Source: a virus (lineage: Duplodnaviria > Caudoviricetes). Taken from it: a stretch of 36,771 nt of DNA. Positions 35,702 to 36,771 of the stretch are shown one piece after another. Under the pieces are notes generated by a model. The model saw nothing but the letters and a program-made list of their open reading frames with translations, was not told the DNA's origin and did no database searches. The translations under genes were made by a program, and so were the position numbers. Position 1 is the first letter of the stretch. Each line of letters begins with the position of its first letter. The stretch is from IMG/VR virus record IMGVR_UViG_3300022936_000191, positions 1 to 36,771 of that record. The stretch is one strand, 5' to 3'.

Positions 35702-35761
35702 CTCTTAAATCAATTCTTTTCATTCGTAGTATATATTTAGAATTGAATAGTCCCTAAAAGA

Positions 35762-35791
35762 AAAGAGATACCCAGTTATGGATATCTCTTT
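35762..35791. terminator. Putative terminator hairpin
   Basis: aaagagata/tatctcttt stem. Confidence 0.55.
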
Positions 35792-35815
35792 GCTCGAACT
35801 AAAAAAATGAAATCT

Positions 35816-35971
35816 TTAAATGAAATCCGGGATTTCGTGTTTGGTAACGACATAACAAACCCAAAAACAACTACAAGGATATTTCCTGATAGTTAGAATT
35901 TCGTTTGTTAGAAATCCCGCTTCATTAGTTATATATTTTTTTGCTGCATTAGTTGTAAAGAATACTTTCAT
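35816..35971 (-). CDS. Small 51-aa protein (not in ORF track): MKVFFTTNAAKKYITNEAG...
   Basis: Between element copy C and a hairpin. Confidence 0.5.
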   Translation of the reverse strand: MKVFFTTNAAKKYITNEAGFLTNEILTIRKYPCSCFWVCYVVTKHEIPDFI

Positions 35972-35991
35972 TTGTTCAATTTATTTTTAAG

Positions 35992-36038
35992 TATATATTC
36001 TTTTAATGCAAGATGTATTTAGAAGTATGGATTGTTTA
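35992..36038 (-). promoter_or_regulatory. TAAACAATCCAT-N27-AATATATA element (copy C)
   Basis: atggattgttta 36027-36038 and tatatatt 35992-35999 on +. Confidence 0.65.
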
Positions 36039-36052
36039 CGGTTGTTAATAAG

Positions 36053-36071
36053 TAAGACACTATTAAGACAC
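36053..36071. repeat. Tandem TAAGACAC x2, candidate integrase arm-type sites
   Basis: Copies at 36053-36060 and 36064-36071, about 65 bp inside the junction. Confidence 0.5.
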
Positions 36072-36126
36072 CAATTAAATGAAGTGTGTGAACTTTCCTT
36101 TATCCATAAGGCTTATAGAAAACGTT

Positions 36127-36729
36127 TCACCGTTCTTTAACATCGCTAAAATCAAACTCAGGGAAATCGAGGGTTTTATAAAACTCTTCGCGCACGTTTA
36201 TTGTAGTTGGCTCTAAAGTTCCGCGACCTTCAAAAAAATCTATAATTTCGGTAACATTTTCAAGGCCATAACAGTCAAGACCGGCAACAATTGCTGCCTC
36301 TTTTACATTTTGTTTTGGCAGAAAAAAGCCTTTAAAGCCTTCTTCTTTAGCTTTTATGGCAATAGGTAACACTCCTTTAATGGGTTGTATGCTGCCATCG
36401 AGCGACATTTCGCCCATTATAATATACTTATCTACTTCATCGGATTTTATTTGTCCGGAAGCTGCTAAAATTCCTATTGCAAGAGTAAGATCATAAGCAG
36501 ACCCTTCTTTGCGTAAATCGGCAGGAGCCATATTTATAGTTATCTTTTTAACAGGCAGGCTGTAGCCATTATTTTTAAGGGCAGCTGCAATACGATAACT
36601 GCTTTCTTTAACAGCATTATCCGGCAGGCCCACAAGATGGTAGCCAACACCTTTATCAATATTAACTTCTACGGTAATGGTAGTGGCTTCTACTCCAAAC
36701 ACCGCACTCCCGAAAACTTTTATCAGCAT
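36127..36729 (-). pseudogene. comM: 5' fragment of host comM (YifB-family Mg-chelatase-like AAA+ ATPase) interrupted by the prophage
   Basis: MLIKVFGSAVFGVEA..., VGLPDNAVKES, NMAPADLRKEGSAYDL, GEMSLDG; stops at DFSDVK-ER* before the Walker A; true start probably ATG at 36729. Confidence 0.92.
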
Positions 36730-36771
36730 ATAGTAAGATTGTGACGTCGAAAATACTAAAAATAATTGCAT

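Larger units (their letters stand above)
1..36135. mobile_element. Integrated temperate siphovirus-like prophage inserted in comM; left boundary upstream of window
   Basis: Integrase at left end; terminase, portal, capsid, tail tube, tape measure and fibre genes; truncated host comM and a visible rise in GC at the right end. Confidence 0.93.

Noticed and set aside
35769-35785. tacccagttatggatat, 16/17 match to the core of the 30-bp repeat
   Set aside because: Lies in a terminator-like hairpin, not at a gene end in that orientation; cannot be distinguished from chance.
1-36135. Stop-codon reassignment as in some Bacteroidota phages
   Set aside because: Core genes are intact and tightly packed under the standard code, with TAG and TGA used as normal stops.
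36730-36771. N-terminal extension MQLFLVFSTSQSYY of comM
   Set aside because: Family similarity begins at MLIKVFGSAV (ATG 36729); the extension is an ORF-caller artefact.

Overview
Almost the whole window (1 to ~36135) is an AT-rich siphovirus-type prophage of a Bacteroidota host, probably Flavobacterium-like (inferred from TAnnTTTG promoters, a lipoprotein export signal and the protein families). It is inserted inside the host comM/yifB gene. The 5' part of comM survives at the right end and breaks off at ...DFSDVK|ER* instead of the conserved DVKGQ. The left att site lies outside the window. Modules: tyrosine integrase and a lipoprotein (1-2260); a minus-strand structural operon (22.0 to 2.3 kb) with a -1 frameshifted tail chaperone, tail proteins, tape measure, XkdF-type protease, capsid, tail tube, portal, a 1437-aa fibre and holin-like genes; an accessory/early region (22.4-32.2 kb) with a minimal family-A-like polymerase, PD-(D/E)XK nuclease, serine recombinase and many small genes; and a terminase/sigma-factor operon (35.7 to 32.2 kb). 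Most notable: (i) at least five unrelated small proteins share a C-terminal E-x-R-D-x-K-L-x-x-L-G-I-like tag, and the DNA encoding one tag is duplicated as a perfect 30-bp repeat bracketing a gene like a cassette; (ii) four exact AATCAA-N13-GATTATAT late-promoter-like sites plus a phage-encoded ECF-like sigma factor; (iii) three TAAACAATCCAT-N26/27-AATATATA elements; (iv) a 25-bp inverted repeat bracketing the serine recombinase, part of an intergenic CCACCACAA motif family; (v) stand-alone small-peptide transcription units. I could not recognise an endolysin, CI repressor, helicase or primase. All calls come from reading motifs by eye; no searches were run.
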